The notes beneath the pieces are model-generated. The model had not been told where the DNA came from. It saw only the letters and a list, made by a program, of their open reading frames with translations, and ran no database searches. This document shows positions 29,478 to 39,556 of a stretch of 64,000 bases of DNA, one piece after another (positions within the stretch are counted from its first letter, which is position 1; every line of letters begins with the position of its first letter). The DNA is from a virus. Location of the stretch: the IMG/VR virus record IMGVR_UViG_3300042691_046823; one strand, given 5' to 3'. The position numbers and the translations under genes are program-made.

Positions 29478-30004
29478 CGATACCACTCGGCGTACAGCCG
29501 TACAACCTTGCCATTGGTCTCGCTTTGCTCATTGACCTGGCGATAATCATGCAAGGCAGCGAAATCCTGTAGCCGGCGATGACTCCAGGGATAGAATGGA
29601 ATGCCCTGACATTTCTCTGAAGCATGATCTCTACGTCCAGGGTTCAGGCGCCAGTAAATGCGTGATGTGGGTTTTAGGCACTCCACCACTTTCTTTATCT
29701 GTCTACCAACTATGGCATCGTCCCCGAAGTTGATCGATCCCAAGCACACAGCCACATCAAATTTCTTGGTTGCATGGAAGTCTTCTATGGTCACGGTAAA
29801 ATCGGCTTCGTCTCGGGCTGGATCGATGCCTACAACATTGGGCACCAAGGTCTTGAAAGGATTGGCGCCACAGCCCACATCCAGCAACCATTCGTGTGGC
29901 ATGATCTTTTTTGAGATCACATCGTAGGCGCTATAATTATATGCGTCCACGCTGGGCTTCCAGTGGTGTCGGAAATAATCATTTAGGTAATCTTGATCGT
30001 GCAT
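29474..30004 (-). CDS. class I SAM-dependent methyltransferase
   Basis: LLDVGCG, FDVAVCLGSINF. Confidence 0.75.
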   Translation of the reverse strand: MHDQDYLNDYFRHHWKPSVDAYNYSAYDVISKKIMPHEWLLDVGCGANPFKTLVPNVVGIDPARDEADFTVTIEDFHATKKFDVAVCLGSINFGDDAIVGRQIKKVVECLKPTSRIYWRLNPGRRDHASEKCQGIPFYPWSHRRLQDFAALHDYRQVNEQSETNGKVVRLYAEWYR

Positions 30005-30238
30005 AATAATCCAAAAGTAAATGCTGTAAAGTGGGCCAGTGCCTGTGTGATACTTATCGCCATGCTGTTCCACACCTTGGGAATCACCCCCTGGAACAGT
30101 TTCCTCCAGATGTTGGGAGCTGCCGGCTGGGTCTATGTGGGCTGGACGTGCCGCGAGCGAGCACTCATGCTTAACTTCCTTCCACAGTTTTTCATCATCA
30201 TACCAACTTTAATCTATGCTTACTACTTTGCCCAATAA
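29993..30238 (+). CDS. small membrane protein
   Basis: three hydrophobic segments. Confidence 0.55.
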   Translation: MIVHNNPKVNAVKWASACVILIAMLFHTLGITPWNSFLQMLGAAGWVYVGWTCRERALMLNFLPQFFIIIPTLIYAYYFAQ

Positions 30239-30809
30239 GATATTCATGATAGGTGTGCCTGGAAGTCGATGGTCTGGTATTGCCCAGAATGTCGAAGACA
30301 ATATCCCAGGATTCAATACCACAGATCGCACACCTGACCGAGTCTATCAGCATCATACATTTTCTGGGCACCTGGGTGCGTACTTTGGAACCGGCTGGGA
30401 TCATGACACCAGCCTGGATCAAGAAAATCTGGATAGACCATTTGCACACTCTGATGGAACCCGCATACTCAAAAGCCATGAATGGGCTTATAAATTAGAT
30501 GAGATACATGACAGCTATCCCGACGCTTGGATTTGGTTGGTCTATCGTCCGGACATGGCAGCCTATGCTTGGTGGCACGAAGCCGGAGGGTTTGAAATCA
30601 AGTATCCAAAATATCGTCCCTATTACCGAGATTCTATAAATATGTTCGCTGAGATACAACGCATGAACCAATGTATCTTGGAATTCAGCCAGAAGCATGA
30701 TCTTGCCTGGCATCATATATCGTCAACCTGGATCAAAGCCACATTTGGCCGGGCAGTGGAGCCCACGGTCCGTCTCGCAGACACCCTTGTGTGTTGTTTT
30801 AAACCCTAA
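30216..30809 (+). CDS. hypothetical protein, possible sulfotransferase-like P-loop
   Basis: GVPGSRWS, LKSH, VYRP. Confidence 0.5.
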   Translation: MLTTLPNKIFMIGVPGSRWSGIAQNVEDNIPGFNTTDRTPDRVYQHHTFSGHLGAYFGTGWDHDTSLDQENLDRPFAHSDGTRILKSHEWAYKLDEIHDSYPDAWIWLVYRPDMAAYAWWHEAGGFEIKYPKYRPYYRDSINMFAEIQRMNQCILEFSQKHDLAWHHISSTWIKATFGRAVEPTVRLADTLVCCFKP

Positions 30810-30825
30810 ACATAAGGAAAAATCT

Positions 30826-31791
30826 ATGAAGAAGTTATTAGCAACAACATTGTTGGCTATGTCCGCCACCGCATGGGCCTGGCAACCAACCAAACCCGTC
30901 ACGGTGCTGATTGGCTTCGCACCAGGATCTGGTAACGAAATGAGTTTTAGAGCCGTGGCCAAAGAAGTAGAACGAACCACGGGTGTCAGTTTTGTAGTCA
31001 CAAATCAACCCGGAGCAGATGCTGCCATCAGTTTAAACAATCTCGTGGCAGCTGCACCCGACGGTCATACCATCAACATCGCCAGCCAACAAGGCACCTG
31101 GGTCATGGCCGATGTGATCAGCCGAGATATCATAAAATTCACGCCCGACAGTTTTGAGTACACAGTGAACATCGCCAAGAGCCCCTTGGCCTTGATCGCC
31201 CCTGTGGATTCACCAGTGAACACGCCGCAGGAATTCATGCGCTTGATCGAATCTGGAAAGCGACCAGTCACAGTCGCCGTGGGCGCATCGAGCCACAAAC
31301 TGGCCTATGAATACATCATGAACAACAGCCGAGCAAGGCGTGACATGGTCACCGCGGCCAACTACAAAGGACCTGCGCCTGCTGGTCAGGATGTCGCTGG
31401 AAAACACGTGGACTTTGGTATCATTCCAGCCGCAGTAGCCTACAATCTCGTGCAAGCCGGCAAGGTCAAGTACATTGGTATCTTTGGTGAACAGCGCCTG
31501 TCTAAGATACCCACAGTGGCCTTGATGAACACCGTGGTGCCCGGCGCCAATGTGTATGCAGGATGGGGCATCGTGCTACCTCGTGGTACACCGCCTGAAG
31601 TCACTCGCTGGTACACTGAAAACTTTGTGCGTGCCATACGCAGTGCCGAAGCACAGAGATTCTTTGCGGACAATCTCATGTTCGTGGAAGATCGCGAGCT
31701 CACCCCTCAGGGCTACAAGAAGAGCATGCTGGAACTGCGTCGGGTTTGGTTGCCCATCGCTCAAAAGATGGATTTCGGGCAAACCAAATAA
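30826..31791 (+). CDS. Bug/TctC tripartite tricarboxylate transporter substrate-binding protein
   Basis: signal peptide, PTKPVTVLIGFAPG, NQPGA, APDGHT, YKG, PRGTP. Confidence 0.9.
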   Translation: MKKLLATTLLAMSATAWAWQPTKPVTVLIGFAPGSGNEMSFRAVAKEVERTTGVSFVVTNQPGADAAISLNNLVAAAPDGHTINIASQQGTWVMADVISRDIIKFTPDSFEYTVNIAKSPLALIAPVDSPVNTPQEFMRLIESGKRPVTVAVGASSHKLAYEYIMNNSRARRDMVTAANYKGPAPAGQDVAGKHVDFGIIPAAVAYNLVQAGKVKYIGIFGEQRLSKIPTVALMNTVVPGANVYAGWGIVLPRGTPPEVTRWYTENFVRAIRSAEAQRFFADNLMFVEDRELTPQGYKKSMLELRRVWLPIAQKMDFGQTK

Positions 31792-31826
31792 CTTGATCGT
31801 TGATCCTGGACATGCTATAATGTAGC

Positions 31827-32060
31827 ATGTCCAAATATGAATGTTGGCCTCCTCCTGACTGGACCGAAGTCATAGTGTCCTGGACGACCATGCTGGATGC
31901 CTCAGACCATGCCCCAAATGAGATCACTGATTGGACTGAAAACACCATACAAGGTCGCTGGCACTTGCACGGATTCCGAGCCACCGAAGGTTTTGCTTTC
32001 CGATTCGAGGATCCTCGAGATGCAGTGCTGTTCCGATTAAGGTGGACTCATGACACCTAA
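31827..32060 (+). CDS. small protein of the F-x-L-R/K-W family, leaderless
   Basis: FRFEDPRDAVLFRLRW; TTGATC-N17-TATAAT ends 5 nt before ATG. Confidence 0.65.
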   Translation: MSKYECWPPPDWTEVIVSWTTMLDASDHAPNEITDWTENTIQGRWHLHGFRATEGFAFRFEDPRDAVLFRLRWTHDT

Positions 32061-32250
32061 AGACATCATGGAATTTTTCTCTTTTGAACCCGTGGACGAG
32101 GTCACCAGGGCCTTGATGCAACGGCGTTTGCAGATGGATTTCCCCGGTGACTATGAAGTCAGGATCTCGGAGGATCGATCCGGTTTCGAAATCATTTTTG
32201 ACTCACCAGAATCGCAGACACTTTGGATGCTAACACATGGACCCCTGTGA
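32050..32250 (+). CDS. hypothetical protein
   Basis: coupled ORF. Confidence 0.55.
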   Translation: MTPKDIMEFFSFEPVDEVTRALMQRRLQMDFPGDYEVRISEDRSGFEIIFDSPESQTLWMLTHGPL

Positions 32251-32572
32251 CGAACCTGAAATTTGGCGTGTCTTGCGTGGCCAACAAAAGGTAGTGATCA
32301 ACACCTGTCACGGCGGGTTCGGTCTCAGCCGAGATGCCTGGGTGGTATATTGCATGAGGCATGGATGGGATCCCGATGATCAAAATCTACATGATCGAAT
32401 GTTACAACGCGATGATCCCGATCTCGTGGCAGTGATCGAAGACCTGGGCACGGCTGCCGATGGCGAGTTTGCCCAACTCAAGATAGTAAAAGTACCCAGA
32501 GAAGTGTCTTGGGTGATCGAAGAGTATGATGGCATGGAATGGGTAGCCGAACGGCATAGGACTTGGCGCTGA
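32237..32572 (+). CDS. hypothetical phage protein
   Basis: VINTCHGGFGLS, RDDPDLV, EYDGMEW. Confidence 0.7.
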   Translation: MDPCDEPEIWRVLRGQQKVVINTCHGGFGLSRDAWVVYCMRHGWDPDDQNLHDRMLQRDDPDLVAVIEDLGTAADGEFAQLKIVKVPREVSWVIEEYDGMEWVAERHRTWR

Positions 32573-32590
32573 ATCATGCTAAAATACTGT

Positions 32591-33001
32591 ATGAAATCTT
32601 TTGTGTTTGCGTTTTTCTTGATCCTGGCCATGCCTGCCAGTGCCCAGACTTGGTTGCATGTGTATGGACTCAGCAAACATGAGTCCTCGGGATACCAAGA
32701 AATCAACACTGGCATTGGTATCGAACGCCAATTTACCGATGATTGGACCTGGGCCATAGGAACTTATCGCAACAGCATATATCGGCAGAGCGTGATCGGT
32801 ATGGCGAAATATCAGTGGTATCAGCAGGGTGATTTCAGTATCAACATCCAGATGGGTGTGGTCACTGGTTATCGCAGATATGCCGTGGCGCCTGTGATCT
32901 TGCCCGAAACCTGCTGGTCATGGATCTGTGGCATGTTCGTGCCCAGGATAGAAAATGAAACTCGGGCCGCTGTGGCCGTTTATTTGAGGATACCGCTATG
33001 A
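32591..33001 (+). CDS. small outer-membrane beta-barrel, PagP-like
   Basis: signal peptide; SKH, EINTGIG, YRNS, GVVTGY. Confidence 0.55.
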   Translation: MKSFVFAFFLILAMPASAQTWLHVYGLSKHESSGYQEINTGIGIERQFTDDWTWAIGTYRNSIYRQSVIGMAKYQWYQQGDFSINIQMGVVTGYRRYAVAPVILPETCWSWICGMFVPRIENETRAAVAVYLRIPL

Positions 33002-33209
33002 AATGGTTTGATCAGTGGTTCGCCCGCAAGTAGACTTAGCTGAAAAATCCATAAGTCCACGGATGCGGTTCCTTGCGTTTATACTCGCTTTCGTCGCTGG
33101 CACATCTTCGGCCAACGCCGGTGATGTCATGGTCTATAATAGCAGCCGATAATAAATATAAAATGTACAGAGACAGCCATGACCACACAACTATGCATGA
33201 GAAACTACA

Positions 33210-34829
33210 TTGACATCGCTGAGTACAATAACGAAACTTAGCATGCATTCAACACTAAATCATTATGACTTTAAAGAAATAATATACCTTAAAAAGTTTT
33301 TATTTCTTCCAAGCTCGAGCTTGTATAAAACTCTCAAACAACATTATAAAAGCGAGTATGCGCCAAATGAAAGAATAGTGTTGGCATTCCAAGGCCAAAT
33401 TCCATACGACTTATTGGCTCATCTTCAACGAGTAGTTCAGCAATTAGACATTACAAATTTTTTTATAGTGTTGTGTAATACTGATAGCAAAACTCAGGAA
33501 ACACTAAATCTTGTTCACGGAAAATACAGCTCCGATCCAACAAAAATTGAATTATGTGCCATAGAAATCGACGACAACCATCAGCTTGAGGGAATTATAA
33601 ATCATCGCCCTTTGTTAAATCCACCGGAAACGATGTGTATGTACCCGTGGAATAATTTAGAATTCAAACCAAACGGGACGGTCAGACCTTGTTGTCTATA
33701 CGCTGAGCCAATTGTCGACTCAAGTGGAAAACAATTTAATATGACAAATAAAAAATCATTTTCAGTTGATGACATTTATCTTTCTCCGGCAATGAAAACC
33801 CTAAGGCAGAATTTTCGAGATGGGATTAAACCAAATGGATGTAAAAAATGCTGGAAGGAGGAGGACGCAGGTAAAAAAAGCGACAGGATGTTGTATAATT
33901 GGGTCCTAAGAGATCAACTATACAATATTGATTATGAATCAGAACAAATAGAAAATATCACTTCAATAGATCTTAAATTAGGAAACTTATGTAATTTAAG
34001 TTGTAGAATTTGTGATGACCAGAGTAGTTCAACATGGGCAACAGAAACATTGTCTAATTTACCCGTCCTAACCGAAAAGAAAAAACACCCAGCATATATT
34101 TCTTTACGCCAGGGAGAATGGCCAAAAACTCAACTGTCTTTTTGGGACGAGTTTGTTAAACTTCTTCCAAATTTAATTTATTGCCAATTTGCTGGAGGAG
34201 AGCCGTTGATGCTTCCTTATCAATTTGATGTGCTACGAAAAGCTATAGAATTAGATTGCGCAAAAAATATAACTCTACGTTATAATACCAACGGAACCCA
34301 GTGCCCGGATGCAATTTTTGATTTATGGCGGGAATTCAAATTAGTGCATCTTGATGTTAGCATAGACGATGTCGGAGATCGATTTGAATATCAACGCAAC
34401 GGTGCTTCCTGGAACCAAGTTATAAAAAACATTCGGCGATTTAATCAAGAAAGAAGACCAAATTTTAAAACACAAGTCAGCACAGCGGTAAACATTATGA
34501 ATGTGTTATATTTGCCAGAAATCTGTGAATGGTATAATTCAGAAAATTTTGATAGTTGGTGGATCAATGTTGTCTGGACTCCAACTCAGTTTTGCATTAC
34601 GAACATGACACAATCGGCCAGAGACTTGGTATTAGACCGACTTACAAAATATAATTTTGGAGAACATCAAAGTCAACTCGATGTGATTATATCGATAATA
34701 CAAAATAGTGATTCTAAAAACAATACTGGGTTTATCAACACTATAAAGGAGATTGACTCGATTAGAGATCAAGATCTTCGATTGGCACACCAAGAGATTG
34801 CTTATGCCATGGGGCATGTGTTTACCTAA
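33210..34829 (+). CDS. radical SAM protein with twitch/SPASM domain (AT-rich)
   Basis: CMYPW..PCC..CKKCW; CNLSCRIC; GGEP; YNTNG; SIDD. Confidence 0.85.
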   Translation: MTSLSTITKLSMHSTLNHYDFKEIIYLKKFLFLPSSSLYKTLKQHYKSEYAPNERIVLAFQGQIPYDLLAHLQRVVQQLDITNFFIVLCNTDSKTQETLNLVHGKYSSDPTKIELCAIEIDDNHQLEGIINHRPLLNPPETMCMYPWNNLEFKPNGTVRPCCLYAEPIVDSSGKQFNMTNKKSFSVDDIYLSPAMKTLRQNFRDGIKPNGCKKCWKEEDAGKKSDRMLYNWVLRDQLYNIDYESEQIENITSIDLKLGNLCNLSCRICDDQSSSTWATETLSNLPVLTEKKKHPAYISLRQGEWPKTQLSFWDEFVKLLPNLIYCQFAGGEPLMLPYQFDVLRKAIELDCAKNITLRYNTNGTQCPDAIFDLWREFKLVHLDVSIDDVGDRFEYQRNGASWNQVIKNIRRFNQERRPNFKTQVSTAVNIMNVLYLPEICEWYNSENFDSWWINVVWTPTQFCITNMTQSARDLVLDRLTKYNFGEHQSQLDVIISIIQNSDSKNNTGFINTIKEIDSIRDQDLRLAHQEIAYAMGHVFT

Positions 34830-34862
34830 CACTTATGAGTCTATTCTGGATTGGAGGATGTG

Positions 34863-35024
34863 ATGTCCTGGATCTTTGTTATGTTCATGAATGGTTGGAT
34901 CATAGATGTTGACGCTTTTGTCTCGCAGGTACAATGTGAAGACAGGGTGCGTATCTATAACGCCGCGGCCCGGCAGAGTGGTAGCCAATATCTGGTCTGG
35001 TGCGAAGCGAGGCCACGAGCATGA
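34863..35024 (+). CDS. small hypothetical protein (53 aa)
   Basis: GGAGG SD, stop overlaps next ATG. Confidence 0.5.
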   Translation: MSWIFVMFMNGWIIDVDAFVSQVQCEDRVRIYNAAARQSGSQYLVWCEARPRA

Positions 35025-35365
35025 TCCGTATGTGGCAAGAGTTGACTGGGCAGGATCGCACTCAGGTGCTGTGGACCTTGGTCATGGTCTTGGTGGCCAC
35101 CATCGTGGTATTGTATGCCATAGCTGCCAGCCGCGGACAGGATGTGGATTATTTCAAGACCCGATTGGGACTCATGGAACAGCGGCTCAACAACATGGAT
35201 CAAAAGATCGACCGTGTGGCCCAGGGCCAGCACGATCAGAAAGAACATCACGCAGAACTTCGCAGACTGCATGAAGCACAGCAACGACTGGTAGAAGATC
35301 AGCAGCGTTGGATCGAGCACTGGAAAAACTTACCACAACTCCCTAAACCAGCAACCAAGAGGTAA
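35021..35365 (+). CDS. membrane-anchored coiled-coil protein
   Basis: one TM followed by heptad-rich segment. Confidence 0.6.
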   Translation: MIRMWQELTGQDRTQVLWTLVMVLVATIVVLYAIAASRGQDVDYFKTRLGLMEQRLNNMDQKIDRVAQGQHDQKEHHAELRRLHEAQQRLVEDQQRWIEHWKNLPQLPKPATKR

Positions 35366-35367
35366 TC

Positions 35368-35883
35368 ATGGAAAAGTTATATCGCATCACACCACTGGAG
35401 AAAAAATCCGTGGAGTATTTCGTAGATGTATTTGAACGGCTGCCCGATGGCCGTATCCGCGGGTTTGATGTCACAGAAACCTGGCGATGGGGTTTCGGAT
35501 TCCGCGAGGAAGACGATCCTGTATGGAAGTTTGAAGCCGAAGGCCGTGTTAACTGCCGTCCTGAAACAGGCTGGGGTTGCGAACTGGATGATTTGATATC
35601 TGTGTATGTGAATTTTGGATGTTGGGACATGGATGGCAACATTTACGAGGATGGGTTTACAGACGAAGAAAAGGCCCAGATCGAAGCCATCTTGCGTGGG
35701 GAAGAAGAAGATGAAGATGGCCGCTGGGGCACTGCCTGGTTGTATGATGGTGATCATGCCTGGGAGATAGAAGACGATCATGTGTGTATTCTCGGTCCTG
35801 TGAAGATAGATTTGGTAGATGCTGATGGCTATGGGGATTCGGCCATCCTGGAAGAAAATGTCCAGCCTTACAACCAAGATTGA
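35368..35883 (+). CDS. acidic hypothetical protein
   Basis: GAGG SD. Confidence 0.7.
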   Translation: MEKLYRITPLEKKSVEYFVDVFERLPDGRIRGFDVTETWRWGFGFREEDDPVWKFEAEGRVNCRPETGWGCELDDLISVYVNFGCWDMDGNIYEDGFTDEEKAQIEAILRGEEEDEDGRWGTAWLYDGDHAWEIEDDHVCILGPVKIDLVDADGYGDSAILEENVQPYNQD

Positions 35884-36253
35884 TCGCACTCACAACCTTG
35901 ACATGGATGTGTGCCAATGCAACTGGTTGGTAGAGAAAATACGCCAGGATGATGCTTATGCCCAGAACTTTTATGCGGCCCTGTGTAATCAGGCATGGTA
36001 TGAAAAGGATGCCTGGGAAATCTTACAAAATCGAACTTGGTCCTGTTCCTGGCGTGGAGCCGGAGGCATCGTGGCCGACATCCGCGGATCGGGCGACTAC
36101 ATGGATTGGTATTGCTCGGGCATGATGACCAGTCATCCCAGTGATTATGTTGAAACTTTGACCGAACGCCGGTACGTCAGTGAAGGCACAGTGGCCACAC
36201 AAATCCGGGAAGATCTTGCCTGTCTGGGCTGGTATCCAGTGGTTGACCAATAA
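35858..36253 (+). CDS. hypothetical phage protein
   Basis: YAALCN, WSCSWR, DYMDWYCSG. Confidence 0.7.
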   Translation: MSSLTTKIDRTHNLDMDVCQCNWLVEKIRQDDAYAQNFYAALCNQAWYEKDAWEILQNRTWSCSWRGAGGIVADIRGSGDYMDWYCSGMMTSHPSDYVETLTERRYVSEGTVATQIREDLACLGWYPVVDQ

Positions 36254-36272
36254 TTCCAGAATCTGCTATAAT
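36243..36272 (+). promoter_or_regulatory. sigma70-like promoter
   Basis: TTGACC-N18-TATAAT with TG extension. Confidence 0.8.
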
Positions 36273-36304
36273 TAGGTATCGTTGCAATTATAGGAGCATC
36301 ACTG

Positions 36305-36562
36305 ATGAATATACGTGGTTATCTACGCTGGCAGTTTGAAGGCACGCTGTCCAGTCCTTGTTTTTATGGTTTCTGTCTTACTATGTTAGGAGCCATTGCC
36401 CTTTTTTTTGGTTGTCCAGCACCATGGCCCATGATCACGAGCCTCACAGGTCTGGCTATCGTGGTGATCGATTCAGCCAGGTCCTGGATTAGATTCAGTT
36501 ACAGTATCTACGACTTGGAACAGAAACAGATCGAACGCGAACTCAAAAGGAAATCTCAATGA
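36305..36562 (+). CDS. small two-TM membrane protein
   Basis: AGGAG SD, hydrophobic segments. Confidence 0.65.
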   Translation: MNIRGYLRWQFEGTLSSPCFYGFCLTMLGAIALFFGCPAPWPMITSLTGLAIVVIDSARSWIRFSYSIYDLEQKQIERELKRKSQ

Positions 36563-36697
36563 AAATTCTCTCTATCTTGATCGCTGGCGCGGCTGGCGCC
36601 ATGATGGCTCTTACCTGGAATACTACAGAAGCCATGGCCTGGGCTGTGGCTTTCGCTGGCTGGGTACCGCATTGTTTTGCAGACAGCGAGGTAGCAC

Positions 36698-37633
36698 ATG
36701 GCAACTCGTAAACAAAAAGAAGATCTCGTCAAGGCGTTAAAATTTACACCCCGAGACATCACTATCAGCCTTTCGGGGTACGGTGGTGAGATCGTGCTGG
36801 GCCGGATCACAGAAGAGCAACACGACTTCTGGAAAGATAGAGATGACCTTTCAGATTTTATCTATGACTGGGATAACGAGATGGATGTGCCCGCTGATAT
36901 GAAGTTCTGTACCGACGGTGCATGGCACGATGTGGATGATCTCTGTCATGAGTCCGGCTGTGAAGCATCAGACTGCTGTACCATCACTGTGTATGATGAG
37001 TTGGAAGGTCAAGATCTCTGGGAATCAAATCTCGACATTGACAATCTCGAAGACCAAGGAGTCAATATCAGTAGCCATTGGCATTGCCGCCCTGAAGACG
37101 ATCAACCCAACGGAACCTGTGTTTTCTTAGGTCAGAACTTTGAAAAGGGTACGTTTTTTTCAGGTAGCATCCGCATCACCCAACCTTTTGATCACAAGAA
37201 ATTGAGCGTGAGTTGGAACGACTGCGATGGCTGGCGACTGATTGGTGGTGTTGAGTACGACGGCGAAGACGTAGAAGGATTTGATGGTTATTCAACCACA
37301 GGCAAGAGCATGGATTTCAAAGTATATCGTGTAGAAAACGACAACGCAGAATTGGATACTGCTTCGGAAATGGACAAGATCGAAGTGCCTGTGCTGGAAG
37401 GTGAAGAAGAGTGGGCGCAGAGAGTCATCGATGAAAGCCAACTGAGTCCGTGGTATGCCGCTGACCTAAATCCGGTACGCAAAGGCGTTTACGAAGTAGA
37501 ATACAAGACTGGATCATGGCCTTGGCCCATGACAGCACACATTGAATGGACTGGCCGAAAATGGAAGTATGATCGATCAGAGAACACAGAAATAAAAAGA
37601 TGGCGTGGATTGAATTACGATCCTGCCGAATAA
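36698..37633 (+). CDS. acidic hypothetical protein
   Basis: 311 aa, GAGG SD. Confidence 0.7.
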   Translation: MATRKQKEDLVKALKFTPRDITISLSGYGGEIVLGRITEEQHDFWKDRDDLSDFIYDWDNEMDVPADMKFCTDGAWHDVDDLCHESGCEASDCCTITVYDELEGQDLWESNLDIDNLEDQGVNISSHWHCRPEDDQPNGTCVFLGQNFEKGTFFSGSIRITQPFDHKKLSVSWNDCDGWRLIGGVEYDGEDVEGFDGYSTTGKSMDFKVYRVENDNAELDTASEMDKIEVPVLEGEEEWAQRVIDESQLSPWYAADLNPVRKGVYEVEYKTGSWPWPMTAHIEWTGRKWKYDRSENTEIKRWRGLNYDPAE

Positions 37634-37640
37634 AGCACAT

Positions 37641-37882
37641 GCCGCGTAGCAACGGCTACTCTGACCCAGAGGATGAAGTGGTGTAGCAGCCACGGGTGGT
37701 TCCAGTCCGACCTAACTGGCGTTGGCAATACGACAACGGACCCTGCCGAGGAGCGGAGGCTTATCACTGTCTTAGATGTGCCTGCTGAGGGACTGCGATG
37801 TCGATGGACAGAGCAGGTAGCAAACCAACCAGGACGCAGTGGAGTGTAAAACACCGCCGGGGGTCGTCAGAGCAGTTTTTTT
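37641..37882 (+). ncRNA. unclassified structured RNA (about 240 nt)
   Basis: intergenic; closing helix CTCTGAC/GTCAGAG, many nested hairpins, T-run end. Confidence 0.55.
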
Positions 37883-37897
37883 ATACAGGAGATCACA

Positions 37898-38230
37898 ATG
37901 AAAAATTTATTCTTAATCTGTGTAATGATTCCCTGTTTGGTCTGGGCCCAATCACCACGCTATGCCAGCAGATCCTCGGCCGATGAAGCCTTTGAGGCAC
38001 GCCCCAAAGAAACGCCCAGTGTGATCCGATGGATCGTGGTCGACGATCCTGATGCAGAATGCCGGGCAGGTCTCAAAGCCGGCAACCAATTTGCAGAACG
38101 GCGCGGTGCGATCAAGGCATGCGCCCGATACACATCCAAGACCTGTACCATAATCACCGGAGCCGAAACCAGCCATGCCATATTAGGACACGAGCTACGC
38201 CATTGTTTCGAGGGACGATTCCACGATTGA
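37898..38230 (+). CDS. secreted protein with HExxH motif
   Basis: signal peptide; GHELRHCF. Confidence 0.65.
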   Translation: MKNLFLICVMIPCLVWAQSPRYASRSSADEAFEARPKETPSVIRWIVVDDPDAECRAGLKAGNQFAERRGAIKACARYTSKTCTIITGAETSHAILGHELRHCFEGRFHD

Positions 38231-38233
38231 CTC

Positions 38234-38282
38234 ATAGATTTTTCCAATTATCTTCATAAAAAAATATTCAGACAAAATCTAT
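38234..38282 (+). promoter_or_regulatory. OxyR-like binding box
   Basis: ATAG-N7-CAAT-N7-ATAA-N8-TCAG-N7-CTAT just upstream of the ahpC promoter. Confidence 0.5.
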
Positions 38283-38367
38283 TAAAATCGCTTGATCAAT
38301 AGGTTTTTTCTGCTATATAATATCGTTATGTTGCTCAGCAACATCTTTCAAACTTCAAGGAGAAAAA

Positions 38368-38928
38368 ATGAAAACAGTAGGAGATAAACTCACCCCGTTC
38401 GCCGTCACTGGTGTAAACCCAGGCAAGGACGATTTCTTTACCATCGATGAAAAGTCATTTCCAGGCAAATGGAAAGTCATCGTTTACTATCCCAAAGACT
38501 TTACTTTTGTATGCCCCACAGAGATCGTAGCCTACGATAAGTTATTCCAAGACTTTGCTGATCGCGATGCAGTATTGCTCACAGGTAGCACAGACAATGA
38601 GTTCTGTAAACTGGCATGGCAAGCCGCGCATGAGGATCTCAAGAAGATCAAGCATATCCAATTCGCTGACACACAGCGCCCATCCTACAGCGTCAAAGAG
38701 GGCGAGCAGAATCTGAGCCTGGTAGAACAACTGGGTGTGTTTTTCCATCCAGCAGGTGCCGCACTTCGCGCAACATTCATCGTCGACCCGGACAATGTTA
38801 TCCAGCATGTCACTGTAAACAACTTGAACGTGGGTCGTAGTCCAGAAGAAACACTTCGTGTCTTGGATGCGCTACAAACCGGCGAGAAGTGCGCATGTAA
38901 CCGCGCTGTTGGTGGGGAGACTTTGTGA
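38368..38928 (+). CDS. ahpC: 2-Cys peroxiredoxin
   Basis: YPKDFTFVCPTE, RATFIVDP, VGRS, LQTGEKC. Confidence 0.95.
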   Translation: MKTVGDKLTPFAVTGVNPGKDDFFTIDEKSFPGKWKVIVYYPKDFTFVCPTEIVAYDKLFQDFADRDAVLLTGSTDNEFCKLAWQAAHEDLKKIKHIQFADTQRPSYSVKEGEQNLSLVEQLGVFFHPAGAALRATFIVDPDNVIQHVTVNNLNVGRSPEETLRVLDALQTGEKCACNRAVGGETL

Positions 38929-39040
38929 TGCCTTCAGACAAATGTGTTGAGCAGGCTCGCGCACGCGGTGCCTTGATCTGGATTTGTGGTGTGGCTGTTA
39001 TTGCCGCGTTCATCATAGTGAACCTTTAAGGAGGCCACCA

Positions 39041-39556
39041 ATGACTGCCTGGGTTGACACTCTCAAAGAAGGCATGCCCGACTATGCCAAGGACACGCGG
39101 CTAAACATTGACGCTGTGATCAAGCGAAGCACCCTGCCCACGGAAGAAGCAGAAGCCATTGCCTTGGCCGCGGCTTTTGCCACGGGTAACACAAAACTGT
39201 GGACTTGGATGCAGAGCCAACTCACAGATCAACGGGAAGCCGAAGCAGCCATCACAGCGGCCAGCCTCATGGCCATGAACAATGTATGGTATCCTTATGT
39301 TGAAATGGCCGAAGATCCCAATCTCAGCGGGTTGCCACCGCAATTGCGCATGAATGCCATAACCTCCCATGGAGGTACAACCAAAGCCAGATTTGAAGCC
39401 TATGCACTGGCAGCTTCTATCGTGGGCAAATGCCATTTCTGCGTGAAAGCGCACTATGAAACGCTGAAAAAAGAAGGTTACTCGGTAGAACAACTACGTG
39501 ATGTAGGGCGCATAGCCTCAGTGATCACAGCAGTTGGTCGAGTGATGGCCAGCTGA
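39041..39556 (+). CDS. ahpD: alkyl hydroperoxide reductase D
   Basis: PDYAKD.RLN, MAMNNVWY, CHFCVKAH. Confidence 0.9.
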   Translation: MTAWVDTLKEGMPDYAKDTRLNIDAVIKRSTLPTEEAEAIALAAAFATGNTKLWTWMQSQLTDQREAEAAITAASLMAMNNVWYPYVEMAEDPNLSGLPPQLRMNAITSHGGTTKARFEAYALAASIVGKCHFCVKAHYETLKKEGYSVEQLRDVGRIASVITAVGRVMAS

